64,000 nt of DNA from Candidatus Margulisiibacteriota bacterium (lineage in GTDB: Bacteria; Margulisbacteria; Termititenacia; CAZZFK01), in the NCBI GenBank assembly GCA_042562495.1, contig JBHPMC010000002.1:12425-76424 (forward strand). The letters are read 5' to 3'. Positions 62,811 through 64,000 of this stretch are shown piece by piece. A model generated the notes under the pieces. It was not told the DNA's origin and did not search any database. It worked only from the letters and a program-made list of their open reading frames with translations. Each line of letters opens with the position of its first letter. Position 1 is the first letter of the stretch. The position numbers were made by a program, and so were the translations under genes.

Positions 62811-63776
62811 ATGATCTATGCAAAAAAGATAATATTGGTTGAAAATAATGAAAAGAAAGATTCATGCCTGATCAGCACTGGTCGTTCTCACGAAAACTAT
62901 GAAGCAGATGAAATATTTAATTCTGCTCAAGCTGGAAAGAAAAAGAAGCCAAATGTAATCAAACAAAAAGGCCCGAAAAATAATACTTGGACCAAAGAAA
63001 CACTTACCTCTGAAGAAATATTTAATCTTGATAATGGTGCTCCTAAAATTAAAAAAGAAAAGATCAAAAAATCTATCAAGGTAAAGAGCGAGCATAAAGC
63101 TTTAAAGAAATCAGTAGCTGCCTTAAAGGATCTTTGGGTTTTGGTACTAGGTCATAAAAAATTATCGATCTTTATTGCAGTATTGATAGTCTTGCTCTTT
63201 GCCGGTTACGTTGGCAGGAAAAGGATCTCTCAGGGGATCAAGAGCCTTTCCAATTGGTCGCAAAGTGTAGGTAAGAATAAAGAAGACAAGCGAAAGGCTT
63301 TAGAGCAAAAAAAGCTGGATGAGGAAAAACGTGCCGAGGAGATCCGAAAAATGGAGGAGAAAAAGGCAGCTGAAGATAAAAGGCGTGCAGATCAAAGATT
63401 GGCTGATCAAAAGCTCTCCGATGCAGAGGAGCTGAAACGCAAGCAGCGCGAAACAGAATTAGAACAGCAGCGCAAGGATGATGAAGCTAAAAAAGCTGAA
63501 ATTGAGCGGAAAAAGCTAGAAGAGCTGAAAAGGCAAGAAGATCTGCTTAAGAATAGGAATTATGTGGATAAGGTCACTGATATACGGAGTATGAATTCCT
63601 CGATAAAGGCTTCCGGCGACCGTAGATTGATAGATCCGGCAGCCGTACATGTGGATAGAGCCAATGAATTAAAGCAGAAGATCGAAGCCAGCAGCGATCC
63701 TAATGAAAAAAAGAGATATGAAGCAGAATTAGATGAAATTTTGAAGAAAATGATCATATTGCGTGATCAGATCTAA
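62811..63776 (+). CDS. Membrane-anchored coiled-coil protein (Lys/Glu-rich, TolA-like composition)
   Basis: 321 aa. One TM helix (LSIFIAVLIVLLFAGYVG) followed by an EKKRAEEIRKMEEKKAAEDKRRADQRLADQK... charged helix. Confidence 0.55.
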   Translation: MIYAKKIILVENNEKKDSCLISTGRSHENYEADEIFNSAQAGKKKKPNVIKQKGPKNNTWTKETLTSEEIFNLDNGAPKIKKEKIKKSIKVKSEHKALKKSVAALKDLWVLVLGHKKLSIFIAVLIVLLFAGYVGRKRISQGIKSLSNWSQSVGKNKEDKRKALEQKKLDEEKRAEEIRKMEEKKAAEDKRRADQRLADQKLSDAEELKRKQRETELEQQRKDDEAKKAEIERKKLEELKRQEDLLKNRNYVDKVTDIRSMNSSIKASGDRRLIDPAAVHVDRANELKQKIEASSDPNEKKRYEAELDEILKKMIILRDQI

Positions 63777-63790
63777 ATTGAAAAAAATAG

Positions 63791-63820
63791 GTATAAAAAC
63801 CCATGAAAATGGGTAAAACA
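63791..63820 (+). promoter_or_regulatory. Conserved upstream element (copy B), see 12031..12062
   Basis: GTATAAAAACCCATGAAAATGGGTAAAACA contains the hairpin ACCCAT-gaaa-ATGGGT. It lies 26 nt upstream of ATG 63846. Confidence 0.35.
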
Positions 63821-63845
63821 TAGATGAGAAATAGGAAGGTGTGAA

Positions 63846-64000
63846 ATGACCGGACCAATTAAAAGAACTGGTTCAGGCAAAGACATACCGCTTAGGCCTG
63901 ATGGCTACGGTATTCGCCCGGAAGAAACACCCAAAAAAGGTGCTAAGAGTACACCTATAGGTCATGACCCTGCTCCTCCTGAGGCTTATGATGTACCTCA
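63846..64000 (+). CDS. Hypothetical protein, N-terminal fragment (runs off window end)
   Basis: Not in the ORF track. ATG 63846 follows AGGAAGG. My translation is MTGPIKRTGSGKDIPLRPDGYGIRPEETPKKGAKSTPIGHDPAPPEAYDVP, open to the window edge. Confidence 0.4.
   Translation, partial: MTGPIKRTGSGKDIPLRPDGYGIRPEETPKKGAKSTPIGHDPAPPEAYDVP

Noticed and set aside
1-64000. A search for CRISPR arrays, IS elements/transposases, integrases, reverse transcriptases, rRNA genes and phage structural genes
   Set aside because: I found no regularly spaced repeat-spacer array and no ORF with recognisable transposase, integrase or RT motifs. The only mobile-element-like signals are the tRNA 3'-end repeats.

Overview
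This is a 64-kb chromosomal window from a moderately AT-rich bacterium. The taxon cannot be fixed from the sequence alone. The backbone is ordinary housekeeping: alaS (partial and missing from the ORF track), mnmA, purC, apbE, queF, der, rpsA, trxA, ruvC-ruvA, thrS, infC-rpmI-rplT, gltX, rnfE-C-D, a sugar-activation block (PMM/PGM, manA, GlmU-N-like) with trmB, yqeK-LCP-rsfS, crcB, two RRM-type rbp genes, ppdK, dnaG-rpoD plus a second sigma factor, tRNA-Ala(GGC) and tRNA-Met(CAT). AT-rich lineage-specific ORFs with no recognisable family sit between these operons: a 1796-aa membrane/coiled-coil giant and ORFs of 272, 548, 442, 272, 339 and 201 aa. A ParA-like ATPase, a coiled-coil protein and a GGDEF protein are interspersed with the housekeeping operons in the same way. 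Main observations: (1) A strictly spaced bipartite motif, TGAAAT-N12-CTTACGATA, occurs at least 12 times, always intergenic and co-oriented with the next gene. It matches the sigma-28/FliA promoter architecture and precedes most of these interspersed genes, rtcB, dnaG and the second sigma gene itself. Housekeeping operons in the same window use TTGACA-N17/18-TAnnAT. (2) An ArfB-like GGQ peptidyl-tRNA hydrolase and an RtcB RNA ligase lie tail-to-tail with overlapping stop codons beside the giant gene. Both are driven by the sigma-28-like motif, which suggests a variant of the known PrfH-RtcB ribosome rescue/repair pairing. (3) Both tRNA genes are followed about 110 bp downstream by a copy of exactly their T-stem-to-CCA 16-mer. 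The two copies enclose related hairpin-rich cassettes. tRNA-Ala is additionally nested inside a shell whose ends resemble tmRNA termini (GGGGAUGUAGCCCUUCGAC...CAUCUCCACCA). (4) There is an unannotated 56-aa RHH gene with an operator-like palindrome pair and a triply repeated G-rich leader. (5) The two rbp paralogs share conserved leaders of about 160 nt. No CRISPR array, transposase, integrase or rRNA was seen.
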